Of a DNA stretch of 64,000 bases, positions 26,181-37,558 are shown piece by piece. Positions within the stretch are counted from its first letter, which is position 1. Each line of letters starts with the position of its first letter. The notes under the pieces were generated by a model. The model did no database searches. It saw only the letters and a program-made list of their open reading frames with translations, and had not been told where the DNA came from. The DNA is from Kudoa neothunni (taxonomy: Eukaryota; Animalia; Cnidaria), in assembly GCA_964304625.1 (NCBI GenBank), contig OZ199838.1, positions 6,180,144 to 6,244,143 of the forward strand, in the 5' to 3' direction. A program made the position numbers and the translations under genes.

Positions 26181-26914
26181 TTATTTGATGTGAAGGTTGA
26201 TTTTTTTTCACCTGCTACAGCTTTTTATTGTCAAACTGAAGCCTATTTATCATATTTTGGCCATTTTTATGAGATTCGTTTTTATGCGCCTTACCTTGTC
26301 ATATTATTTTATTGGGTTATGTTTTTTTGAGTTTTTAGGCTGTTAATTGACTTCGTTTCAATATTTGGAATATATTTATTCGAATTTTTTATGATTACTT
26401 AGTTGATTTAGTGATTTATTACAGTTGTATAATAGTATTATATAGTGAATAATCTCTAAATTTGTTTTCCAAGATTAAATTTTTATTCTCTTTATGTAAA
26501 ATAATAATTCATTTAATTAATAGCTTGGAGGATTTTTACTTTCTGTATCATAGTTTGAGGTATTCTTTGTTTACAAAACTGATAAACAAACATATGGCAT
26601 GCGTAAAAAATATTTTGATATAACCCAAAGTTTTCATTACCTAATCATCGAAACAATAAACAGTGCAACCTCGGAACTCGACCAAAAATTTGGAGTCAGA
26701 AACACTTTTGAGTTCGAACGCATAAAAAGGGTATTTAGAAAAAATCCGATTGGATCAAAAAACAGAGAAGAAAACAAAATCTAGAGGAAGGTTCACGCAA
26801 TCAAATTTTGCGAACGTCATCGAAAGAAAACCCTTTATAATCTATCGTATGACGACCAACAAATAATTATCCTGTGTAACATGGGGGTCATAAGGGTTGT
26901 AATCTACCAATCAT

Positions 26915-27100
26915 ATGCGCGATCGAGAGCAGAGCGGCATGGCACCACCGCTTTCTAGTGTTAATAACGCAGGTTCGAATCCCAATCTGGAGTTTGTGCT
27001 GCATTGTATATCTCATTTTTATTATTATACTTAATATATATTTGTTATGTTTATAAAAATAAGGCATGCTTGTTTTTTATTAAATAAGAATAAAAATAGT
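26915..27100 (+). mobile_element. tRNA-derived SINE-like sequence / pseudo-tRNA
   Basis: B-box GGTTCGAATCCC near 26972-26983 with an upstream A-box-like GC stretch. A weakly related minus-strand copy at ~13510-13700 ends in an (AAAGC/T)n tail. Confidence 0.4.
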
Positions 27101-27398
27101 CATTTATTGGATGAACGGTACGGATTAAATTAATTTTCATTGTTTTACGTGGGAAAATTGATTCGGAGTCTGAATACACTTCTAGAACGGATTATGATCG
27201 AAGTACGAAGTTGTACTGTATTCTTCTAGTTATGATTTTGTGTATAAAAATGATATATATTAGTTTTTGTAAAATTAATCTTCCGTGTGTAATTAATTGA
27301 AGTTAATTATTTCTAATCTACACCAACTACATTCTTAGCTGTCAGAAATATTAATGTATAGAATACATTAAAAAATACAAATTATACACCACTTATAA

Positions 27399-28084
27399 CA
27401 GTGTTTCCTAACGAAATTTTCGACGCCCCATCGGTGGGGCATGGAAATCTTTGAGCGTTTAATGAACAGCTTTTATAGGAGGCGGAAAATCCTGGGCATT
27501 GAGGTGGCGTGGATAACGGTGAGATAATTGGGCAGTATGGCTCATTTTGAAATCAATACTTCGATTTTTGATCTTATTTATTTTTAAGCGAATGTTAACA
27601 TTTAAAACAATATAAAAGCACTGATCAATTTATATAAAAAATATAAAAACGTTTATCATGGCTTTTGCTCAATAGAATCGGAATGGTTATAATTCAAATG
27701 TTGTCACATTTATAACTGTGATCCCCTCTTTTTTTGACTTATTCAAAAATAATATTGATTAATTTTCAATATTAATAATTTTATTTCGATTTATAAGCAC
27801 CGAATATAGAAAAGTTTTGCCTGATGGGGGTTGGATTACCAAAAGTTTCCTTAACACGGTTTTTGACTGAATGAAGAAGTAAAAATGTCAATTTTTAAAG
27901 TCCATCTATGAATTAAATTAGATCTGATCGAATGTATTTTAATTCTAACGAAAAAGAAATGTATATTTATCATGTTCCAATTTTAATGACATGAAGCTTG
28001 ATTCAAAATTATAATCAGTTTAAGTTAAAAAATCAATACATTTGAAAAAGTAAGGCGCAATAGAAAAAAGGTTGGGATACATTG
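27399..28084 (+). mobile_element. Non-autonomous hAT family A copy 3
   Basis: cagtgtttcc...gggatacattg. Degenerate 8-bp TSD acttataa / acatacaa. Confidence 0.8.
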
Positions 28085-29450
28085 ACATACAACATTAATG
28101 ACAAACATGAGGGTTAAGGAATGACTTAGAGCATGCGCAGATATCAATAATAAATTGGGGGTCTGGAGAGAATAAAATCTGAAATTTTATGATATAGAAT
28201 TATACCCACGAAGATAATAAGTTATCGTTTCTCAAATAATTAAATTTAAATACACTTGCGAGCGAAACATTCACTTTCATTCTTGAAGGGTACAGGACTT
28301 AATTTGGGGTAGAAAAATCAAATTATTCCAGAGTTATACAAAGAACTTTGGGCGACTAAAATATTCGACTTACTTAGAAAATGTCTCTAAAACTTTGAGC
28401 AGAATTCTTTATCTGTGAAACTTGAAGATTTTAATCTGGTAGACCTTGAGTTAATCTATATAATTTTGTCAATGAATAAGAAAAATTATAAATAAAGTAG
28501 AATGAATAATTTAAATCATTAAATCAACAAGGTAATCATACATCACTCCATGTTCAATTTATGGTTGACAAAAAGTTATTAGTTTTCGAATAAAAATCAT
28601 CATGCTGGTCGTTTTTAACAGATATTATTAAATATAATTCATTTCAACAAATATATACGACCAAAAAATGTTTTGCGAGCTTAAATCAGAATACAATTAA
28701 AGGAAGGATTATTTTATATAAATAAAGTATAAAAATCGGCAATTTTTGAACGATTTTAAAATTTTAGTATAAAACGAAATGTAATTTTTTATTAAGTTTG
28801 AATAAATCTATAGTTGTTAAATTGCGTTTCTAAATGGTTAGGATTTTATATTTGAACAACATTACTAATTATAGGCAATTTAGAAAATATATTTTTTCCA
28901 AAATAAATAAAATTTAAAGATAATTAAACAGTTTATTGTTAAAAAGATGTAAAAATATCTTTTTAATGAATAGTTAGCCCATTTTGAACGATTAAATTGA
29001 ATTCTTAAGCATTGAGGGATAATGAAAAGTGGAAATTAATTTTAACACTCATTAAATATTGTGCAGATTACGAAAAACGCCAAATATGCCAATATCAGCA
29101 ATGTATTTTTTACTTTAAAAAGTTGTAATATTATCCGAAAGCGTTATCTATGAGTTTTTTTCTGACCCTCCTTAAGTTAAAGGAACCAAACTTTGATAAA
29201 GGTTCAATAAGTTAATGTACCAATCATACTATTGATATTATTTTCAATTATTATAATTTTTCATAATATATATAAGATACGAGAAGTAATTAATTTTGAA
29301 TCTTCGTTAAAACATACATTGTTACTATAAATTATAGTTTAATGATTATAAAAATCCTTAATTAATCGAATTAGAAATACAGTTGTGCGGGGATACTACG
29401 CACCTTTCTAGGACAAAGACTCGAGTGCGTAAAAACCCTGCACTACTTAA

Positions 29451-32282
29451 CCCATTCAGGTTCCAATTTTGTATTTTTGTAAGATTACAATGTTAAGTAA
29501 AACTAACAATATTATTATTGATTTTAAAAAAACTATTTTAAAATTTCATCTCCTTACAAAGATACGTAGGTTTTTGCAATGTTGCGAAAACGCAACGAAA
29601 AACTTGTGATATATAAATTTGCGTGTCGCGTGACAAATGAAATTAACAAAAACATTGAATTTTAAACAACAATTTAGTAATACCTATGTGACATATTATC
29701 GCAAAATTTATATTTTTTTGTTTTCTATATTTTTTAATGATATGGGTTGTAGTACGTTTGAGTGTCACTCGGTCTTCTTAGCCCAGATTAGCGATAAAAA
29801 ATTATTTTTAGTTCATATTTCAACAATATATCCTTACTAGTAACAAAACCCCTAACTAATCCCTTATTTTTCCATGTGAGATTAAATTTTACACCTTTAA
29901 CCCATTTAACTTACAATTTTGTAGTTTTTACATATCTGGTATTAGACTTAATAACGATTATAATAATCATCTAAAAAAATAATCGAAAAAAAATAAATTA
30001 TAAAAGAGTATATTCGAGAAGTATTTAGATTCCAAAAATGCAATGAAAAACTTTCCTTGTATGGGAATAAGATTACAACGCACATAAATAATATTTGTCA
30101 AATACATGAGGAAAAAAAGTTATCTACAAGAAAATTATAATTTTAATCATTTACTTGTGGAACAGCCCCGAGCACTTTATATGAATATGATTTCCACAAC
30201 TTTTACAAATATGGACGGTAGTGTTTTTACATACCACACACCTACGTCTTATTTTGTGAGGATGAGACACCAATGTTGGTTTATTACATAGATTTGCGTT
30301 CTGCAATTTACCCAACAGAGATTTTCGGCCAATGCTGGTTTTTGCGGATGTTACCAAGTCAGTCACTATATTCCTGACATGTTTCAACAAGTCAATTTGT
30401 GTGTTATTTACAATATTATAAATCCTCCATGAATTTACTACTGCCATTGATATCATATTCGTAAAAATGGGAAAATACCATTTTTTTCCTTTTATGTTAA
30501 TTCTATAACAAGAAATTAAATTATCGGCAATATCTACTCCACCCATAAACTTATTATATGCACATATCATAAATGGCTGACAAATAGTAATTTCTTTTTT
30601 CTTCGACCTACAGTATCTTTTGATGCTTCGGAGAGGGTGAGCGGTGTAGCAATTACTCAATGCGATAACAGGTTTTGTATCATTCCATTGAATGCAATGA
30701 ATACCTTGTTGATCATCAGAAAACATCTCAAATTCTCCCCTTGGTTTTTTTGCCATTACTTTTTGGGGAGTAACAGGGCAATTTGATATTCTGTTTGATC
30801 TTAAGGTTCCAGTAGCCTTGATATTTCTTCCTTTGAGCTCTTGTAATAATTTATGAGAAGTAAAAAAATTATCGAAGAACATATTGAGATCTTTTTCATT
30901 TTTTACTTCATCCGCAAAAGAGATTACGACACTACCACCCAAACCATATTTTTTATCATAATTTGCTGACTTTCCACTATACACGTCAAAACTATACATG
31001 TAACCGGAGGATGATGACATAACCCATTGCTTGAAGCCGAATCTAATTGGTTTATTTTTCATAAACATTTTAGCGGAATGCCTACCAGTATAAGGTACCA
31101 TCTGCTCGTCCACAGATATATATTTTTCAAATATTCCAAATTTTTTGAAATTTTGGTTAAATTCTTGAATTAAAGGGTGTACCTTGAAAAATCTATCGGT
31201 GGTGTCAATATTTGAATTATTATTAAAATGGATGAATTTTTTTATAGATTTGAAGCGTTTGTAGGTCATTGAACTTTTAACGAGTTCAACACCAGCGTCT
31301 AGAGAAGATTCCCTATACATAGACTGGCGTGCCAATCTATGATAACCAGACAAAATCAGAATACCGATAAATGATTTCATCTCACTAATCGTAACATGAA
31401 AGTCATGGTTGTTATTCTAGCTCGCATATAAATTAGATTGTTTCACGATGCGTGTAAATAAATTTTCATCAAATAACTCCAAAAAAGTTCCATAAGAATT
31501 TAAGTTCCCTTCAAGCATTGATGAAAAATTATCCATATTCCGATTGATTAATATAGTCTCATTCTGACATAAAAATTTTGATTTTTCTTGAGTAGAATTG
31601 ACATTAGTTTTATCAGTCCATATCAAGGTATCATCATTTACGAAGGATTCAAGAGCCTCAGAAAATACTTCAATCTCTCCACACGTCTCAGAAATTAAAT
31701 TGATGTCACATATGCCATTAAAATTGGATTCAAAATTATCCTCAGTATCTGTAAGAGCGTCGACTTTTTCAGGGGGTAATAACACAAAATCAATCGACTC
31801 TAGATTTTCGTTATCTTCATCCTCTTTGATTGCATCAAAAAGATTCATGTACGATTTTGGATCCATTATACAGTGATACTTAAAGCAGCGCGCACAATTA
31901 CCCCGTTCGGGGTTTTCGTTGCGTTTTCGCAACACATGTTTTTTACGAATAAATATTTATTCATTAATCCTTTGATGCATTCATTATCATATATAGATAT
32001 TAAATGACAAATGGCAGTTGATATGTTTTTTAATAAGATTTTCATGATCTATGTTAGGCGAAACTCTAGTTGGTGTTCGTCTAGTTGGAATTTCAAAAAT
32101 AGCACATAAAATCATATTTTGTTCAACCTTAAAATATGAATTAACTCCAATAATATTTGTTTCCATAAATTAATATGTTTGGGTATTTAAAATAACAGAA
32201 TACATTTAAAATAATAATTTTATATGTTGTTATATAATCAAATACATTTTGTTGCGAAAACGCAACGAAAACCCTGAATGGG
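29451..32282 (-). mobile_element. piggyBac element 4 (PGBD2/3-like), near-intact
   Basis: TTAA|cccattcagg ... cctgaatggg|TTAA, with repeated subterminal motif gttgcgaaaacgcaacgaaaa. Confidence 0.95.
30151..31866 (-). pseudogene. piggyBac transposase with a single in-frame TAG (31417-31419)
   Basis: ORFs 31417-31935 and 30151-31380 share one frame (LYAS*NNNHDFHVTISEMKSFIG). Motifs SVDEQM, FFDNFFTS, MGGVDIAD and an intact Cys-rich domain are present. Confidence 0.9.
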
Positions 32283-33960
32283 TTAATATCCATGCTTGAC
32301 GTATGCACATGTGGTGAAAATTGGGTGGGTATGCGACCACGTTTTCTGCTTTTTTTATTTATCCTTTCGTTGCACTAATAATAACTTGAATAAAGAGATG
32401 TGAAAATTTTTCGTTATAATTTATTATTGTTCACAGAGTATTTTAAAAATAAATAAGGTAGTTTAAGACAAAATTATTTTTTCAACGAGAAATTTGTTAT
32501 TTACCCTGTTTTAAACAAAGTTTATTTTATTTTAAAAAAGGAAAAATTTAATTTTGTAATGTGTTCCAGCATTTCGGTGTGATGTAGCTTGAATTATTTC
32601 TTTTAGATATTTTATTTAATTTGTTCATTTTTAGACTAACTCTCGAAGCAAATTCATGGAACTGTCCTCGACCGACAATTATAGGAGTATTTTTATTTGT
32701 GTCATCCTTTATGTCATTGGCTAATTTATTTTCCTATTATATTGTACTCTCTGGACAGGTTTATATTTCTCGTTCTCGAAAGTTCGATCTATTAATTCAT
32801 TCTTATATCGAGTAGTTTGAATTTTTTTATGAATTTTATGATAAGATTTTAAATCACTTGAGATAAAATACGAGAATATTTTCGATTTTATTGATAAAAT
32901 TGTATTCAATGTGGTGACTGATTTAAGGCGGGAGCGCCTAACGATGTTCGCTTTAGAGCCACTCTTAGTTCCTAATTTTTCAAATTATTCAATAATATAA
33001 ATGTTTTCTTCAAGTAAGCGATAATTTTTCCTATTTTCCTAATGCGTACTAACCATGCCAATGTAATCAAACTACAGACTTCAGGTGCGCAATAAGCATG
33101 CACTCCTATTTTCCCAACGGAAAAATTATTTCTTAATTCTATAATTATATTTATAAATATATTTTACTCTTTTATCACGATTTATATCTATAGTTGTGAC
33201 GTCATCATAGATAATTAGTAGCCGTAATACCCTCATTATTGTTGTCCATTAATTCTGCCTCCTCGTTCACGTTACAGAACCATATCCATATTTTCCATTA
33301 CATTCGCCGAGTTTAAAAAAATCTAATTTATTAACATGTTTGAAAAGCGATAAAATCTATTATTCCGACCGAAACTTGCAATAGTATGCCGATCACCAAA
33401 TTTCTATTTTTTAAAAATTATTTAGTTCCTTTTTAAATTAATTTATACACTAACTTTTTATTGTACAAAAAATGTTAGAAAAACCACCAATAGGTATTTA
33501 AGTTCTCAGAGAACATTTAATCAACAATGCGGCCCTCCAAGCTTTTGTAATGAGCCAATGTGACCCGCAGAACCAAAAGTAGTGCCCACCACTGCCTTAA
33601 TAACAACCAATGAAGAAATTTTGGTGTCGAAATGTTACACCCATTACTTCTTACTTGTTCCACTAGAACATAAGAGTTTAATTATATTTCCAACTGGTAT
33701 AAACGTAAACTGTAATTATACTTTTTGATGGATAATTCTTTTTACATATATAAATATATAATGAGTTTTTCTAAACCTTTTTTTGTTATTTATATACTTC
33801 GAAAGAATATAACATTGATATTAAGCAAAGGTTTGATCATTGGTAAAAGCCGCTATTTTCTCACCAACCATCCCACAGGGGTGCCACACTAACCCTTAAT
33901 AGGTGAACTTCTGGCGCGACGAGCCCACCCGGATTAATTTCTATCCTTTATTGGATTATA

Positions 33961-35477
33961 TAGGGTTTCTCATTTATACTCGGCACTTTTGCATTCAATC
34001 TCAGCAGTTTTGCATTTAATCCCAGCACGTTTGCAATTAATCTCAGCACCTCAACAGTAGTATTCAAATTTTTTAATATCTCGCATTAGCTAAAAAAGTT
34101 TTTTTTGTTAAATTATTTTTATATTATTAAGAGATTGAATTCACTAGATGAACCCTAATAACAGAGATCATATCGTTGAATCTGAGAGCTCCATATCTGA
34201 TGATATCGAAATTTCTAATATACCAACACATAAAGAAAAAAGAAAGCTGCGAAAAACTATTTCTTCCGACTTAAGAGAACAATTGTTTAATTTCGGTTTA
34301 AGTGGAAGAAGTGATACTTACATTGCTTCCGAAATGCATCTACCAAGATCCACCGTGTGGTCCATATTATCAAAGTTTCGCGAAACCGGAACACAAGATA
34401 CAAAATCTAGAGGTGGAAAAAGACCTTCACTCCTCTCTCCTGATCAGAAGGAAAATATTATCAGGTGGGTGGACGACAACTCCCAAATTACGTTGAAAGA
34501 ACTTAAACAAAAAGTTAGTGACGAGTTTGGAATAACAGTGTCCCTTAGCACGATAGACAGAGTTATCGGCAAATTTCATTACACTTTAAAATCCCTCGTA
34601 AGGGTCCCCGAGAGAAGAAATAGTGAGACGACGCTTCAAAAGAGAATTGAATATGCTGAGATGTTCAGAGACTTAGAAACCAATGTACCACATGAAAGTA
34701 TTGTGTTTCTCGACGAAGTCGGATTTTCAGTGGTCACAAGACCTAAAAGAGGTCGCTCTTTGAGAGGAACTTCTGCATATTGTTTTGTTTCTGCAGCAAG
34801 AAGCAGAAACATATCTGTAGTTGCTGTAATCAACAAAAAAGGCATCATGTATAGTAAGATACACGAGCGAGCGGTTTCAGGTGAGGATTTTAAAATTTGT
34901 CTACAAGAACTAACATCCAACTGTGTATCAAGTGGTATTGATAATCCCGTTTTCGTTATGGACAATGCGAAAATACATCATTATAAGGGACTGAAAGAAT
35001 TAATCCTTCAACAAAAATTCACGACAAGATATTTACCTCCGTATAGTCCATTTCTGAATCCAATAGAGAATGTATTCTCTGTTTGGAAAAATCTAGTTAT
35101 CCGCAGGCAATGTCAAAATGAAAACGAGTTGAAGAGTGCGATAAAAGAGCGTTTCCAAGAAATCACATCCCAACACTGTGACGGTTTCTATCGCAAAATG
35201 TTGGGTTACGTCACCAGGTCTTCTAGAGGTGAAATTATTCTAGAATAATAATTTTATTGAGGTTATTGGAATAAATATAAAACATATTTTTTTCTCCGGT
35301 CCATGATTTCTACGCATTCACACAAATTTAGAGGCTAAACGCGAATACGCTTAATTTAAATTGCAGACGTGCCGAGATTAAATGCAAAAGTGCTGAGATT
35401 AAATGCAAACTGCCGAGATTAAGTGCAAAACTGCTGAGACTGAATGCAAAAATGCCGAGTATAAATGAGAACCCCTA
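33961..35477 (+). mobile_element. Tc1/IS630-like (DD34E) transposon, apparently intact
   Basis: TA TSD. TIRs of ~90-110 bp built from ~21-bp tandem units (tttgcatttaatctcagcac-like). Single intact ORF. Confidence 0.95.
34148..35248 (+). CDS. DD34E transposase, 366 aa
   Basis: HTH N-terminus, FLDE, MDNA..H and YLPPYSPFLNPIE. There are 34 residues between the second D and the E. Confidence 0.95.
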   Translation: MNPNNRDHIVESESSISDDIEISNIPTHKEKRKLRKTISSDLREQLFNFGLSGRSDTYIASEMHLPRSTVWSILSKFRETGTQDTKSRGGKRPSLLSPDQKENIIRWVDDNSQITLKELKQKVSDEFGITVSLSTIDRVIGKFHYTLKSLVRVPERRNSETTLQKRIEYAEMFRDLETNVPHESIVFLDEVGFSVVTRPKRGRSLRGTSAYCFVSAARSRNISVVAVINKKGIMYSKIHERAVSGEDFKICLQELTSNCVSSGIDNPVFVMDNAKIHHYKGLKELILQQKFTTRYLPPYSPFLNPIENVFSVWKNLVIRRQCQNENELKSAIKERFQEITSQHCDGFYRKMLGYVTRSSRGEIILE

Positions 35478-36574
35478 TATTTTAAGCTGTATTTGCTTAC
35501 TTTAATACGTTATTACGTGACAAAAAATGTGATATACAATAAATAATTTATCTTGGGGGACATTCAAACAGGTAAATTTTTTTTACTGAATGCTCGTTAC
35601 ATATATTGTTGTTACACACATCGGATACTTGTTTGTCCCGCCTTATGATACGTGTTGAAGGACATAAACTACGTCGTTTCCGATCATTTATGTTGTTATT
35701 TTCCGTAAATGACGAATTATTCTCATTTAATTTAAACCTAACTACATCAAGAGAACGCTTAAAAGCGAATTGACATCCAATTTTGTTGGTCTTCAGTTCT
35801 TCATTTCTGGTGGATTACAATCAATGAAGCGAATAAATCCAGTAAAAATTGTTGTCGGCGATTAGATTTGTCTTTCAAATGTTCCAAAATTTTTTGAAAA
35901 AACACGGTAAATGAATTAAAAGCACTCATATCAATAATTTGTCAGTAGATAATTGATTTGAGAAATTCAAACATGACACTGATACATTTATTGCGTAATT
36001 GTGGGATTAACTTTTAAATAAATTAAAGCATATTGCTATCTACTGTCATAATCCTTTTTGGCGAACATCGGCTTAAAATAAAAAAATTCGAATTCATTTA
36101 AAATTTACGAGCGGATGTAAAAAAAACATTTTTTGAATGAATTATGCTCAATTTACTACTCAGGTGGGCTCGTGGAGCCCAAGGTCACCGATCACCACCT
36201 ATTAAGGGTTAATACCATATTTAGCTATTTCGGCCAACTTGTACAGTCCCCAATAATTTATGCATGAAAAGACTTTAATTATCATGTTTTAAATATCTAA
36301 GAGAATATAATTCACGAATATCCAATTAAAATGATATTAACTATTGGAGAATAATTACAGTTGATCACATGACTGTTATTATTATTTGTGATTACTATGC
36401 AGATGTTTCTGCAATTTGTTTTAATATATATCCAACTTTTCTTCTTCCAATTTTGTACTCATATAGATACATTCGTCAGTCGAACACATCCAACATCTAT
36501 TTTAAAACCAAATAAAATGTTCTTTTTAATTTAAACAAGCTTTCATAATTAATTTAAAATATAATATAATTTAC

Positions 36575-36885
36575 ATATGGACAGTAGGAATGCTATTAAA
36601 AAATCATCGGCGCCTCGCATATTTAATTTGTCACTTTTAGTTGATCAACTACGGCAGTTAATAAATCAAAATGACTAATTTAGCGTTATTGTCATATCAA
36701 TACGATCCTCATCTTAGTTTGTAATATCAATTGAACATGGGGTGAGCGAAATCGTAAACCCACAACATCAAAATGGATTAGGCTTAATCACCTAAAAACA
36801 ATAAACATCCCACACAAACAATATCACAATATCACGTGGCCACGATAACTGTTAGGGGTTAGGCACAAAATCGCTAATCTGTTTA
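36575..36885 (-). ncRNA. Candidate telomerase RNA-like structured RNA (template CCUAACCCCUAAC)
   Basis: Template-like ~1.9-repeat sequence at 36851-36863, enclosing helix 36871-36880/36677-36687, long hairpin 36806-36829/36719-36744, and a two-stem hairpin followed by an ANANNA box (36624-36629). Manual folding only; no canonical ACA box. Confidence 0.35.
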
Positions 36886-37558
36886 CAGGATTTCTTCATA
36901 AAAGCTTCTTGGAATGCGATAAAATTTAAATAGCGTGTATTGTTTGATTTTTGTTTTTGAAATGATTTCTCACCCATATAATTAGAAGGATAACGGCAAT
37001 CGACCCTCGCCGACAGATAATCTTTTGGTGGAGTAATAAACCGCGCCCATCCATTCGAAATAATACGACCGCTGATGCCACCCTTAGATGATTACAACCA
37101 GCAAATTAATTTATTGAAACGTAAATATGCCTCATTATGTACCAACTATGAAATGAACTACCGAGAAATCGCTCTTATTCGAAAAATTGCTCGATCGCTG
37201 ATGGCCGGCAAGCAACAAAAGTCAGAGTTCGCATAAGCATCATTGTTTGGAATGTGGATTGTTTGTTAAATTTGTTGTTTTATAATGAATTATTTTTGTT
37301 GTATGTATTTGATTTTCCTATTTTGAAAGCAAAACATCCTAGCTTAAAGTTTTTATAATGGGTAAGAACATTAATTGAAAATCCACAAGGAAATTGTATT
37401 AGTAATTTTTCATGATAATGCATAGTTAGATGTTAGTTTGCTATGCCAATTCATCGCGACCATTGATCTATTATAAGCTTGCAATTGGGTGCGAACAGCG
37501 AAACAGTTTGATTTTGTTTCACGCATGCGTTAATATTAAATCATTGCATTGGCAGTTT

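Larger units (their letters stand above)
33893..36208. mobile_element. piggyBac MITE (~800 bp without its insert) carrying the Tc1-like element
   Basis: ctaa|cccttaataggtg...cgagcccacc and ggtgggctcg...cacctattaaggg|ttaa. Confidence 0.8.

Noticed and set aside
26915-27000. Functional tRNA gene
   Set aside because: A B-box is present, but no convincing acceptor and anticodon stems could be folded by eye.
31417-31419. In-frame TAG as evidence of stop-codon reassignment
   Set aside because: Clathrin light chain and eIF2B-gamma end at TAG at their expected C-termini, and HIP1 and ABCA end at TAA. A single C-to-T change in a TE is the simpler explanation.
29380-33110. Tc1-like element enclosing piggyBac 4
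   Set aside because: The putative termini match only partially (…cgcacc / ggtgcg…), too weak to call.
33975-35460. ~21-bp repeat arrays resembling CRISPR or iterons
   Set aside because: There are no unique spacers; the arrays are the TIRs of the DD34E transposon in a eukaryotic genome.
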